The translations under genes and the position numbers were made by a program. The notes beneath the pieces were generated by a model, which saw only the letters and a program-made list of their open reading frames with translations, had not been told where the DNA came from and ran no database searches. Positions 29,580 to 39,504 of a stretch of DNA of 64,000 nucleotides are shown here, piece after piece (within the stretch, counting starts at the first letter, position 1; every line of letters starts with the position of its first letter). This DNA is from Candidatus Multivoradales bacterium (lineage in GTDB: Bacteria; Acidobacteriota; Thermoanaerobaculia; Multivoradales; Multivoraceae): NCBI GenBank assembly GCA_965223325.1, contig CBDCWI010000001.1, forward strand, positions 864,001 to 928,000, in the 5' to 3' direction.

Positions 29580-32500
29580 CCACTGCCCATCGATCGCCTA
29601 CGCCCTCCTTTCAACCAGGTGTTCTGGTTCTCGCCCTCCTGGGGAGCGTGCTGGGGCTGACCACGGGCACGGCTCAGGCTGCTGTCGAAGTGCTGGTGCC
29701 AGCCGGTAGTTCGTGGCGCTATGTCGACGACGGCAACCAGCGCCCGAACTGGCAAGCGGTTGACTTCGACGACTCTTCGTGGGCGGCTGGAGGCGCGCAG
29801 CTCGGCTATGGCGATGGCGACGAGACGACCGTGGTCTCGCACGGCACCAGCTCTCAAGACAAGCACATGGTGACCTGGTTTCGGACCTCCTTCGATCTCG
29901 ATGACCCCGACAACATCATCGCCCTCGAGCTGCGCCTGTTGCGAGACGACGGGGCGGCGGTCTATCTCAACGGCACCGAGATCAGGCGATCCAATCTGCC
30001 CTCGGGAACCTTGACCGCGACGACGCCCGCAGCCGGCACGGTTGGCGGGCACGCTGAGACCCAGTTTGAAACCACGGTGCTGGGAAGTGAGGCGCTGGGC
30101 CTCCTACGGAGTGGCAAGAACGTCATCGCAGTTTCGATACACCAGGTCGTTCGCACCAGCTCCGACATCAGCTTCGACCTCGAATTGCGCGCGACCGTCT
30201 TGCAAACTCAACCACCGACCGGTGACACAACCGTCACTGTCATCGGCAGGGGCGCTAGCTGGCGCTATCTGGACGACGGCATCGAGCGTCTCAACTGGCA
30301 GGCACCGTCGTTTGACGACTCGGGCTGGGCGAGCGGCCCGGCGCAACTCGGCTACGGCGATGGCGACGAAGCGACTGTGGTGTCGTTCGGCAACTCGCAG
30401 AACAAACACGTCGTCACCTGGCTGCGGCATTCTTTCTCGGTCGCAGACTCGGCCGATGTGGTGGCGATTGAGCTCGAGCTCCTGCGTGACGATGCTGCCG
30501 CTATCTATCTGAACGGCACCGAGATCGCACGCTCGAACCTACCCGGTGGAACCCTGACTTCCGGTACCAAGGCGGCATCGACCGTCGCGGGGTCGGCAGA
30601 GCGCGAGTTCAACCGCGCCGCTCTGGTCGCTGGCGCTCACGACCTGCTCACCGACGGCCAGAACGTCCTGGCCGTCTCCGTCCACCAGGCGTCGACCCTG
30701 AGCTCCGATCTCAGCTTCGATCTGAGCCTCGACCTGGTCTACGACGCGGACCCACCGGAGCCACCCACGACCCCAACCGGCGACGTCACCTGGATCCCGC
30801 AAGGGGCGACCTGGCGCTACTGGGACCGAGGCACGCTGCCGGTGGGCTTTGCCTCCCCGTCGTTCGACGACTCCTCGTGGGAGAGCGGCCCGGCGCAACT
30901 CGGCTACGGCGATGGCGATGAGGCAACCCGAATCGACTTTGGCAGTGCCCTGAACCGTCACATCACCACCTGGTTCCGACGCGCGTTCACCGTCGAGGCA
31001 GCAAACGCCGTCACCGACCTCTCGCTGCGCCTCTTGCGCGACGACGGTGCGGCGGTCTATCTCAATGGCACCGAGATCCTACGCTCGAACCTGCCGAGCG
31101 GAGAGCTCGGCGACAGCACCAAGGCGCCTTTGACGATCGCCGGGAGCGACGAAAGAGCGTTCACTCAGCAGGGGCTCACTGCGTCGGTCAAGTCTCTCCT
31201 GGTCGAAGGTCGGAACGTCCTGGCGGTTTCGCTACACCAGGCCTCGACTCTCAGTTCCGATCTCAGCTTCGACCTCGAGCTCGTCGGTACCTACGACGGC
31301 ACCACGCCTCCGGTCTCGCCCTCGCCGGCTGCCGAAGTCACGTTGATTCCCAAAGACTCGGTCTGGCACTACTGGGACCGCGGTTCGGAGCCCGGTGGTT
31401 TCGCCAGTCCCTCGTTTGATGACTCGTCGTGGCCGGCCGGGCCGGGGCCCCTCGGCTATGGCGACGGCGACGAGTCGACCGTCATCTCCTTCGGTCCCGA
31501 CCCTGGCAACAAGTTCGTCACCGCCTGGTTTCGCAAGCAGTTCCAGGTCAGTGACGCGGCGTCGTTCGAACGCCTCGACCTGCGTCCGATCATCGACGAC
31601 GGCGCGGTGTTCTACCTCAACGGTCAGGAAGTCTTCCGCCTCCACATGCCCGACGGAGCGATCCATCCACAGACCCGCGCCACCAACACCGTCGGCGGCG
31701 TCGGCGAGGGACATCGCCACAACCTGTCGCTCGACCCTGCCCTCATCGTCGACGGTGAGAACACACTCGCGGTCGAGGTCCATCAGGCGTCGAGCGCCAG
31801 CTCGGACATGAGCTTCGACGCCGAGCTCCTGGCGTCCACCTCACGAACCCGCGTCACCCGCGGTCCCTACCTGCAGATGCTGGGGGAAGACTCGGTCGTC
31901 GTCCGCTGGCGCACCGACCGCCCCGCCGAATCGCGAGTCTTCGTCGGCCCGCCCGGCGAGGACTTCGACCGCGCCGTTGTAGACAGTTCCAACACCACCG
32001 AACACGCGGTGCTGGTGGACGGCCTCTCACCTTCCACCGCATTCGCGTACGGCGTTGGCACCGGCGGCGAGGTCCTCAAGGGTGGTCCGGATCACACCTT
32101 CGAAACGGCACCCGTGCGAGGCGCTAGCGACCCGATGCGCGTCTGGGTCCTCGGCGACTCGGGAGCGCCCAACGAACGTGCCATTCCGGTGCGCAACGCG
32201 TTCCGAAACTTCGCCGCGTCCGAGCCACCAGACCTGGTGCTCATGCTGGGCGACAACGCCTACGGTCTCGGCAAAGATGAGGAGTACCAGGCCTCGGTGT
32301 TCGACATGTACACCGACGAGCTCGCTCACATTCCGTTCTGGCCGACCTTCGGCAACCACGATGCCGACAGCGCCAGTTCAGGAACCGAGAGCGGTCCCTA
32401 CTACGACATCTTCAGCCTGCCGCGCCAGGCCGAGCTCGGCGGCGTGGCCTCGGGCACCGAGGCCTACTACTCCTTCGATCGCGGCAACGTGCACTTCGTC

Positions 32501-33070
32501 GTGCTCGACTCGCAAGACAGCGACCGCTCAGCCAACGGCGCCATGATGTCGTGGCTCGAAGACGATCTCTCGGCGACATCGGCGCAGTGGATCGTGGCGT
32601 TCTGGCACCACCCACCGTACGGCGGCGGCTCCCACCACCCGGACTTCGACGAGCGGTTGGTTGAAATGCGCGCCAACGCCCTGCCGATTCTCGAAGACCA
32701 CGCCGTCGACCTGGTGTTGACCGGCCACAACCACGCCTACGAGCGCAGCCGGCTGCTTGACGGCCACTACGGCCCGAGCGGTTCGCTCCTCCAGTCGATG
32801 ATTCTCGACTCTGGCGATGGCCGCCCGGGTGGCGATGGCGCGTACCGAAAGCGCACCAACCCGACTCCCCACGACGGAGCGGTTTACGTTGTCGCTGGTT
32901 CCTCGAGTCGTGTCCAGGCCGGCGCCCTGCGCTCTTCGCCTTTGATGGTGGTTCAGGAACTGGTCCATGGCTCGGCGGTGCTCGACTTCGCCGGCAACCG
33001 GCTCGACGTGACCTTCGTCACCGACACTGGCTCGGTGCTCGACAACTTCACGATTCGAAAGGTGAACTAG
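29576..33070 (+). CDS. Secreted purple-acid-phosphatase-like metallophosphoesterase with four N-terminal beta-sandwich repeats
   Basis: GDSG, GDNAY, GNHD, WHHP, GHNHAYER; TRGPYLQ FN3-like domain; four repeats of WRY...FDDSSW..G...LGYGDGDE. Confidence 0.9.
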   Translation: MTTAHRSPTPSFQPGVLVLALLGSVLGLTTGTAQAAVEVLVPAGSSWRYVDDGNQRPNWQAVDFDDSSWAAGGAQLGYGDGDETTVVSHGTSSQDKHMVTWFRTSFDLDDPDNIIALELRLLRDDGAAVYLNGTEIRRSNLPSGTLTATTPAAGTVGGHAETQFETTVLGSEALGLLRSGKNVIAVSIHQVVRTSSDISFDLELRATVLQTQPPTGDTTVTVIGRGASWRYLDDGIERLNWQAPSFDDSGWASGPAQLGYGDGDEATVVSFGNSQNKHVVTWLRHSFSVADSADVVAIELELLRDDAAAIYLNGTEIARSNLPGGTLTSGTKAASTVAGSAEREFNRAALVAGAHDLLTDGQNVLAVSVHQASTLSSDLSFDLSLDLVYDADPPEPPTTPTGDVTWIPQGATWRYWDRGTLPVGFASPSFDDSSWESGPAQLGYGDGDEATRIDFGSALNRHITTWFRRAFTVEAANAVTDLSLRLLRDDGAAVYLNGTEILRSNLPSGELGDSTKAPLTIAGSDERAFTQQGLTASVKSLLVEGRNVLAVSLHQASTLSSDLSFDLELVGTYDGTTPPVSPSPAAEVTLIPKDSVWHYWDRGSEPGGFASPSFDDSSWPAGPGPLGYGDGDESTVISFGPDPGNKFVTAWFRKQFQVSDAASFERLDLRPIIDDGAVFYLNGQEVFRLHMPDGAIHPQTRATNTVGGVGEGHRHNLSLDPALIVDGENTLAVEVHQASSASSDMSFDAELLASTSRTRVTRGPYLQMLGEDSVVVRWRTDRPAESRVFVGPPGEDFDRAVVDSSNTTEHAVLVDGLSPSTAFAYGVGTGGEVLKGGPDHTFETAPVRGASDPMRVWVLGDSGAPNERAIPVRNAFRNFAASEPPDLVLMLGDNAYGLGKDEEYQASVFDMYTDELAHIPFWPTFGNHDADSASSGTESGPYYDIFSLPRQAELGGVASGTEAYYSFDRGNVHFVVLDSQDSDRSANGAMMSWLEDDLSATSAQWIVAFWHHPPYGGGSHHPDFDERLVEMRANALPILEDHAVDLVLTGHNHAYERSRLLDGHYGPSGSLLQSMILDSGDGRPGGDGAYRKRTNPTPHDGAVYVVAGSSSRVQAGALRSSPLMVVQELVHGSAVLDFAGNRLDVTFVTDTGSVLDNFTIRKVN
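29681..31840 (+). repeat. Four intragenic tandem repeats of roughly 550 bp
   Basis: Units start near 29681, 30235, 30785 and 31335; near-identical DNA such as GAGCGGCCCGGCGCAACTCGGCTACGGCGATGGCGA at about 30331 and 30883. Confidence 0.85.
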
Positions 33071-33105
33071 AGCCGAGCAGGGCACCCCGCGCAGCCACCA
33101 TCCGA

Positions 33106-33472
33106 CTAGGCGAACATTCCGCGCAGCCGTGGCAGCGTGGCCTCGACCCCATCGCGGCACAAAAAGGGCAGACAAGACCGACGTATCCGAAGTGCCACAC
33201 AGTTAGTCCTCGGTGAACTCCTTGCGCAGCTCTTTCCAGTTGTAGATCTCACCGTTGTAGACCAGAACGCCGCGCGGTCCGACGAAGGGCTGGTGCGAAG
33301 CAGAACTCGGATCGAGCAGCGACAGCCTGTTGTGAGCACAGCCGAAGAACCCAGCGGCGTGGACGCCGAGATGGGAGGGCCCACGGTGAACCATGGATCC
33401 GGCCATCGCCGCAAGGTTGGCCGGATCTACCCGCTGGTCTCGTGGCTTTAGAAGAGCGGAGATTCCACACAT
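33106..33472 (-). pseudogene. asnB: Asparagine synthetase B (class II glutamine amidotransferase) N-terminal remnant
   Basis: MCGI, HRGP, RLSLLD, QPF, YNGEIYN, then in-frame TAA, TSDTSV, a frameshift to LRGMFA and a stop; synthetase domain absent. Confidence 0.8.
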
Positions 33473-33506
33473 GAGCTTCGGGCTGTTCCGTAGTCAGTCG
33501 AAAGAC

Positions 33507-34565
33507 TCAGGAATTGCGAAGACCCGCCAGAAGATACGTCATCTCGGAGAGGCTCGCCGCTTCGGTGCCTTCACCGCCGCTGGTCACCACGAGCCACCCA
33601 CCCGGTTTGCTGGATTCGCCTGCCGCGATGGCGCGAACCGTCGCGATCGGCGGCGAGCGAGCTGAGGTCTTCTGATGCGCTTGGAAGCCGGCGGCGCCGA
33701 TCGCGCGCTCCACCCAGGGCCTCGCTGGCCCCGTGACCTCGCAGATGACGACAGGTCCGCTGCACCCTCTCTTCAGCCGACCCGTTCCAGGCTCGAAGTG
33801 GCGTGGGTCCTCGTCTCCCAGAAACAGCTCTTCGAAGGCTCCCTCTAGACCGAGATCATACGGACCACCGACTCTCACCGCACCGGCTTCCGGCACCAGC
33901 CAGAGTTCGTCGGCGATCGCCAGCGCGAGGTCGAGCTGGTGGGTAGCCAGACATACAGCGCGGCCAGCGTCCGCCAACTCGCGCAGGAGCTGCCCGATCC
34001 ATTCCTGGTTCGGCGGATCGAGGAAGGCGGTCGGCTCGTCGGCAAGCAGGATGGGTGTCTCCTGGGCCAGGGCGCGGGCGATCAAAACCCGCTGGCGCTC
34101 GCCGTCTGAAAGGGTCGAGACCCGACGCGGGCCGAGTCTGTGCGCCTCGACCGTCGCCAGCGCGGCCTCAACGACCTCGAGATCCGCAGCCGTCATCTTC
34201 GTGCCCCAGCCGAGGTAGGGCAGTCTTCCCAGGCCAACGAGTTCTTGAACCGTCATGGCGCCCACCTGGATGCGATCGGTGAGAACCGCCGCAAGGTGTT
34301 GCGCCCGACGCTCGAGCGTACAATCGAAGAGCGCTTCACCCCCGAGCAGCACCTCCCCCGACAGTGGCGCCAGGATCCCAGCGAGGGTTCGCAGGAGAGT
34401 CGTCTTGCCAGCGCCGTTGGGACCGAGAATCGCAACCAGCCGGCCTGGGCGAAGCGTCACGGAGAGCCCTCCGACGACTGGCCGCTGCTCTTCTCTTCCA
34501 ACGCGGTGACCAGCCACCAGGCGGCGAGCTTCGAGGGGCATCGCGCGCTCGGACCAACCGGTCAT
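33507..34565 (-). CDS. ABC transporter ATP-binding protein (cobalamin/iron-siderophore family)
   Basis: GPNGAGKTT, LSDGERQR, LLADEPT, TH switch. Confidence 0.9.
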   Translation of the reverse strand: MTGWSERAMPLEARRLVAGHRVGREEQRPVVGGLSVTLRPGRLVAILGPNGAGKTTLLRTLAGILAPLSGEVLLGGEALFDCTLERRAQHLAAVLTDRIQVGAMTVQELVGLGRLPYLGWGTKMTAADLEVVEAALATVEAHRLGPRRVSTLSDGERQRVLIARALAQETPILLADEPTAFLDPPNQEWIGQLLRELADAGRAVCLATHQLDLALAIADELWLVPEAGAVRVGGPYDLGLEGAFEELFLGDEDPRHFEPGTGRLKRGCSGPVVICEVTGPARPWVERAIGAAGFQAHQKTSARSPPIATVRAIAAGESSKPGGWLVVTSGGEGTEAASLSEMTYLLAGLRNS

Positions 34566-35653
34566 GGCATTAGCTCCGAACGCAGCCGCAGGAGGACCCA
34601 GAAAACAACTGGTCCACCCACCAGTGCGGCGGCCGCCTGAACCGGCAATGCGACGCCTGAGGCCGGAGCTTCGGCGAGAAGGCCGCAAGCGAGTCCGAAT
34701 GCGGCCCCCAGAACGAGCGTCGCCGGCACCAGCGCGCGGTGCCGTTGGCTTGCGGTCACGGCACGCGCGGTGTGCGGGATCGCGATGCCGAGAAAGCCGA
34801 TGGGGCCGGCAAAGGCAACCGCGCCGGCAGCGAGCAGGGATGCACTCGAGAGAATCAACAGGCGCGCCCGTTTCGTGTCGACCCCGAGAGTCTCGGCGTA
34901 GCTTTCGCCGAGCAAAAGGGCATCGAGCGATCTGATCGCGATCACCGCCAGCACCAGGCCAATGACAACGACCATGGCCAGCAGAAGAGTGTCTTCGAGC
35001 GTCGTGCGCGCGAAGCTACCGAACCCCCACTCGACGAAGGCCCGGGTGCGCTCGCGGTCGGCCAGATAGACCAGCGTCGTCACCACCGCACCGAGCACCG
35101 CCGAGAGCACCACGCCGAGGACCAGCAGCACCACGGCATCCCGCACCCGATAGGCCATGCGCAGCATCACCGCCACGACCAGCATAGCGCCGAGCGTTGC
35201 CGCACCGACCACGCCGAGAGTGCCGAAGAGACCTGGTATGCCAAACAGCGTGCCTGCCCCACCGCCGGCCAGCACCGCAACCGCCACCCCGAGACTGGCA
35301 CCCGAACTCACCCCGAGAATCCAGGGGTCGGCGAGAGCGTTACGGAACACGGCCTGCATCTGGAGGCCTGAGAGCCCGAGGGCGACGCCAACCAGAAGAG
35401 CCGTCAGCGCCCGCGGCAGCCGAAGCTCGAGAAGCACCGTGCGCGCGACCTCGCTTCCGCCACCTGAGAACACCGCCAGGATCTCCTGCAGTGGCAGCTC
35501 GGCGGGGCCGAGGGCGAGTGTCAGCAGGAACAACCCCAACGACAAGAGGCCACCGCCCAGCAGGACTCGGGCGCCCCTCCAGCGACTCGCTTGAATGGAT
35601 GAACTCACGGCGCCGCAGCCTATCGGTTCGCCAGTCGCCAACTGGCACGTCAC
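34562..35653 (-). CDS. FecCD/BtuC family ABC permease
   Basis: LRLPRAL, FRNALADPWILGVSSGA, LLLGESYAETLG, GPIGFLGIAIPH. Confidence 0.9.
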   Translation of the reverse strand: MTCQLATGEPIGCGAVSSSIQASRWRGARVLLGGGLLSLGLFLLTLALGPAELPLQEILAVFSGGGSEVARTVLLELRLPRALTALLVGVALGLSGLQMQAVFRNALADPWILGVSSGASLGVAVAVLAGGGAGTLFGIPGLFGTLGVVGAATLGAMLVVAVMLRMAYRVRDAVVLLVLGVVLSAVLGAVVTTLVYLADRERTRAFVEWGFGSFARTTLEDTLLLAMVVVIGLVLAVIAIRSLDALLLGESYAETLGVDTKRARLLILSSASLLAAGAVAFAGPIGFLGIAIPHTARAVTASQRHRALVPATLVLGAAFGLACGLLAEAPASGVALPVQAAAALVGGPVVFWVLLRLRSELMP

Positions 35654-35813
35654 CCGAGACTGAAGGCGTGCTGGCCGCTGTTCCTGGCGACCGACTACAA
35701 TCCAGGCTTCCTACCTCGCCGGACTGCGCCGGCGTACCACCCTTCTCCCGCTACAACCAGGAAACGCACTCGGCGTTGCCCCAGGAGCACGCTTGAGGAC
35801 CGCCTCGGCTTCT

Positions 35814-37520
35814 ATGCACGACGATCCCATTCTGCTGTTTCTCATCCAGGTCCTGGTGGTCCTGGCGCTTGCGCGCTTCCTCGGCGAGGTGTTTCGCAAG
35901 TTCAAGCAGCCGCCGCTAGCGGGCGAGATCCTGGCCGGCGTTCTACTCGGGCAGACCGTGCTCGGCAACCTGGCCCCCGGACTCTTCCACTCGCTCTTCC
36001 CGCACGAAGAACTGTCGCTGGCAATGTACGGAGTGGTCTCCGAGATCGGGATCCTCTTTCTGCTGCTGGTCGTAGGCCTCGAAGTGCACGTTGGTTCGGC
36101 GTGGAAGATGCGCAACCAGACGTTTACCGTCGCGGTCATGGGCGTCATGGTACCCCTGGTGTTGGGGTCTGGAGTTGCCTGGCTCGCCTATGACCAATGG
36201 GTCGAGGTGCCGACGCCGAGGTTGGCGTTCGCGCTTCTTGTAGGGGCTGGCGTTTCAATCACCGCGATCACCGTTGTCGCACGGCTGCTGTTCGACCTCA
36301 AGATCATCAAGTCGGACCTCGGCCTGTTTCTGATCTCTGCAATGGCGCTCAACGAGCTCCTCGGGTGGGTTGTGCTGGCGGTAGTACTCGGCCTGGTCAA
36401 TGCCGGATCTGCCGGCGGCGGTATCGACTTCACCAGTCTCGGCGGCACGATGGCGGGTGTGCTCGGATTCGCCGCCTTCGCGCTCACCGTCGGGCGCCAT
36501 CTCACCACCAGCGCACTGGTATGGATGCGGCGAGTGGGGCTACCGAGCCCGGCGACGCCGTTGTCGTTCGTGGTGTGTATTGGCCTCGCGGGTGGCGCGA
36601 TCACCGGCGCGCTCGGTGTGCACCCGGTGTTCGGGTTCCTATTAGCCGGCATGATGGCCGGCGATCCCGAGGCGCTTTCCGAACACACGCGTTCGATCAT
36701 CGGCCAGATGGTTGAATCGATCTTCGTTCCCCTCTTTTTCGCCGGCATCTGCCTGCATGTCGACTTTGCCAGCACCTTCAACCTCGTGCTGGTTCTCGCG
36801 GTGACGGCGCTTTCAATCGGTGGCAAGTTCGTCGGCGCGTGGTTGGGCACTCTGATGGTGACGATGCCGAGCGAAGACCGACTACCGGTGGCGATTGCGC
36901 ACGTCCCTGGCGGGCCGATGGGGGTGTTGCTCGCCAGCGTTGCGATGGAAGCGGAGGTGATCGGGCCGCGCATGTTCGTTGCGCTGGTGATCGCTTCGAT
37001 TCTCTCGGCCCTTGTCGTCGGCCCGCTCTTTACCTGGCGTCTCCACAAGAACGAGTCCGGCGACGTGATTGGACACTTCGCGCGTAACCGATTCCATTTC
37101 GACCTCGACGTCGAAACGCGAGAGGACGCAATCCAGCTGCTCGCCGCGGTGGCCGCAGACGCCACGCCGAGCTTCGATGCCGATGAGGTGCGCGAAGCAG
37201 TCAGGATCCGCGAGGGCACCTGGGGCACCGGCATCGGCAACGGGATTGCCGTTCCGCATGCGCGGCTGCCCGACCTCGCCCAGCCGATCGTGGCCGTCGG
37301 GGTCTCGAAGCAAGGGATCGAGTGGGACGCCGTCGATGACCGACCGGTCCACCTGGTGTTCGCGATTCTGACCTCTGACACCGAGCACGATTTCCAGCTC
37401 GAGATCCTGTCGCAGATCGCGCGCTCCTTCCGGGAGCCCGAGGCTGTTCGCCAGCTGGTCGATGCGAGTGACGTTGAGGTGGCCTGGGCGCGAATGCGCG
37501 CAGCGCTCCTGGGCCAGTAG
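35814..37520 (+). CDS. Cation:proton antiporter (CPA2) fused to a PTS EIIA(Fru/Ntr)-like domain
   Basis: GEILAGVLLG, SITAITV, FVPLFF; C-terminal RE..WGTGIGNGIAVPHAR. Confidence 0.88.
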   Translation: MHDDPILLFLIQVLVVLALARFLGEVFRKFKQPPLAGEILAGVLLGQTVLGNLAPGLFHSLFPHEELSLAMYGVVSEIGILFLLLVVGLEVHVGSAWKMRNQTFTVAVMGVMVPLVLGSGVAWLAYDQWVEVPTPRLAFALLVGAGVSITAITVVARLLFDLKIIKSDLGLFLISAMALNELLGWVVLAVVLGLVNAGSAGGGIDFTSLGGTMAGVLGFAAFALTVGRHLTTSALVWMRRVGLPSPATPLSFVVCIGLAGGAITGALGVHPVFGFLLAGMMAGDPEALSEHTRSIIGQMVESIFVPLFFAGICLHVDFASTFNLVLVLAVTALSIGGKFVGAWLGTLMVTMPSEDRLPVAIAHVPGGPMGVLLASVAMEAEVIGPRMFVALVIASILSALVVGPLFTWRLHKNESGDVIGHFARNRFHFDLDVETREDAIQLLAAVAADATPSFDADEVREAVRIREGTWGTGIGNGIAVPHARLPDLAQPIVAVGVSKQGIEWDAVDDRPVHLVFAILTSDTEHDFQLEILSQIARSFREPEAVRQLVDASDVEVAWARMRAALLGQ

Positions 37521-37761
37521 GACTCGGGGCGTGCTCCGGGGAGGGTAGGGGGCCGGCCGCAAACAGTCTGAGGATCCTGAAGTTGCCGCCGCGCAGGCTG
37601 GTGCGCCCACCGGCGCGCGGCGCGTGGAATGTCCAGGCGCGCCAAGGTGGCGCAGGGTTGCGACGGTGGCGCACGGTAGCGACCGCACGTTCTTGCACCT
37701 CTGAAACTTTGTTTTTCTAGGATTTCATAATAAAATCGGGATTCCCACCACGGCCCAGGAG

Positions 37762-39387
37762 ATGGCAATGCACCCCCCCACCCCGAGACCAGAGTCGCCA
37801 ACCCGCAACCTCAACCGGAGCCTCCTCTCCCCCTGGTGGTGCATGGCACTCACCGGGTGTCTTCTCGCTCTCACCTCACCTGGCTGGGCTGAAACTCTCA
37901 CGGTCGGTTCTGGCATGACGTGCGATCACTCCACGCTGGCTGCTGCCGTGGGCGCTGCGCAAACGATGGACATCATCGAGCTCGCGGCGGGCGACCACAC
38001 CCTGGCCGGAGAAATCGAGGTGAGCGGTGGCATCGCGATCTCGATCATCGGCGGGCACAGCGACAACTGCGACGGTAGTGAGCCGTCGGGTAAGTCGACC
38101 CTTCTCGCCGCTGAGAACGAACGAATCTTCGACCTGGCGTCGAGTAACGGGCTGCTGCTCGACTCCCTCATCCTCCGCAACGGTAATCCGACGACGACGG
38201 GTGGCGCTGTTCGGGTAGGCATGAATGCCACCCTCGATGCGCGCAACAGCGAGTTTCGCAACAACATGGCCCTCTGGGGAGGTGCAATCGAGGTGGTCGA
38301 CGGTGTCGTGCTGCTCGATAATGTCCTGTTCGATAGCAACCAGGCGGGAGATTTCGATGGTGGCGCCATTCGCTGCTTGCGGTCCAATATGACCATGCAA
38401 GAGGTCACCTTCAACCTCAATAGCGCCGACGCGGGCGGGGCAATTCACGGCGAGAGCTGCTTCTTCGGCATGGGTAGTGGAGTCTTTACCAACAACTCTG
38501 CGACCGACGGCGGTGCGATCGCAACCGACGGAGACTTTCCCCCGGGGACGTACCTCTTCGAGATGAACAATGCGACCCAGGGCGGCGCATTCTTTCTCAG
38601 CGACAGCAGCGCCAGCATCGGCGACTCGACCTTCAAGAACAACACTGCCAGCACCAACGGGGGCGCCATCTTCGTCGGCGATGCTCTCCTCACGTTTGCG
38701 GATGCCGCCTACAACAACCTGGTCTTCGAGGGCAACAGCGCCGCCCGCGGCGGTGCCATCTACGCTGACGAAGGCTCCAGTGTCCTGGTCGATAGGATCC
38801 GAGCCAAAGGAAACAGCGCTACGGAGATGGGGTCCTTTCTCCACGCCAACGCCGCTGGCTTCGCGTGGGTCGCGTCGAGCGTCATCACCGGGACTCCCGA
38901 GGGGGTCACCGTGCCGGTGATTGAGTTCGCCTCTGTGGCCAACGCAGCGATCTTTGGAACCACCATCGCAAGCCATCCGTCGGTAGATCCCTTCGTACGT
39001 GCCAATTCCACCACCGATCTCACTGTCAAGCGCAACATTTTCTGGGGCACCGAAAACACCGTCTACCTCGGCAACAACGTGACGACCGAAACGTTCGACT
39101 GCAACGTAGTGACCGAGACCGACTCGTTGCCAGTCGGCCACTCGAACTCGCTCATCAGCGATCCCGACTTCCTCGATCCAGACGGCAACTACCGGCTGTC
39201 GGTGGTTTCACCGGCCCGGGACCTCTGCGGGCCCGCTGCGATGGCCGACGGTGACGCAGTCGACATCGAAGGGCGCTCACGCACCGACGTCGAGATGGCC
39301 GATGCCGGCGCCTATCAGGACGAGCTTCTCTACGCCGATGGCTTCGAGATCGGGTCGACCGACGCCTGGGACAGTACAACGCCGTAG
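37762..39387 (+). CDS. Secreted beta-helix protein with Pmp-like GGAI repeats and a choice-of-anchor Q-like domain
   Basis: Repeated F..N.A..GGAI; DPDF...YRL...SPARD...DIEG..R...DAGAYQ; ends LYADGFEIGSTDAW. Confidence 0.8.
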   Translation: MAMHPPTPRPESPTRNLNRSLLSPWWCMALTGCLLALTSPGWAETLTVGSGMTCDHSTLAAAVGAAQTMDIIELAAGDHTLAGEIEVSGGIAISIIGGHSDNCDGSEPSGKSTLLAAENERIFDLASSNGLLLDSLILRNGNPTTTGGAVRVGMNATLDARNSEFRNNMALWGGAIEVVDGVVLLDNVLFDSNQAGDFDGGAIRCLRSNMTMQEVTFNLNSADAGGAIHGESCFFGMGSGVFTNNSATDGGAIATDGDFPPGTYLFEMNNATQGGAFFLSDSSASIGDSTFKNNTASTNGGAIFVGDALLTFADAAYNNLVFEGNSAARGGAIYADEGSSVLVDRIRAKGNSATEMGSFLHANAAGFAWVASSVITGTPEGVTVPVIEFASVANAAIFGTTIASHPSVDPFVRANSTTDLTVKRNIFWGTENTVYLGNNVTTETFDCNVVTETDSLPVGHSNSLISDPDFLDPDGNYRLSVVSPARDLCGPAAMADGDAVDIEGRSRTDVEMADAGAYQDELLYADGFEIGSTDAWDSTTP

Positions 39388-39504
39388 TCGACGAGACGCA
39401 CCGAAAGCACCGACCAGCGCATAGGCCGGGGCGAGGGGTGCAGGCGTAGGGTGCTGGCGGAGGCCGAGGTCGATTCGTGCTCGTTCGGCGTCAGGTGGCC
39501 CAGC

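Noticed and set aside
35654-35813. Cobalamin riboswitch upstream of the BtuC-like permease
   Set aside because: I could not find the conserved B12-box or the GGGAA and ACTG elements on the minus strand
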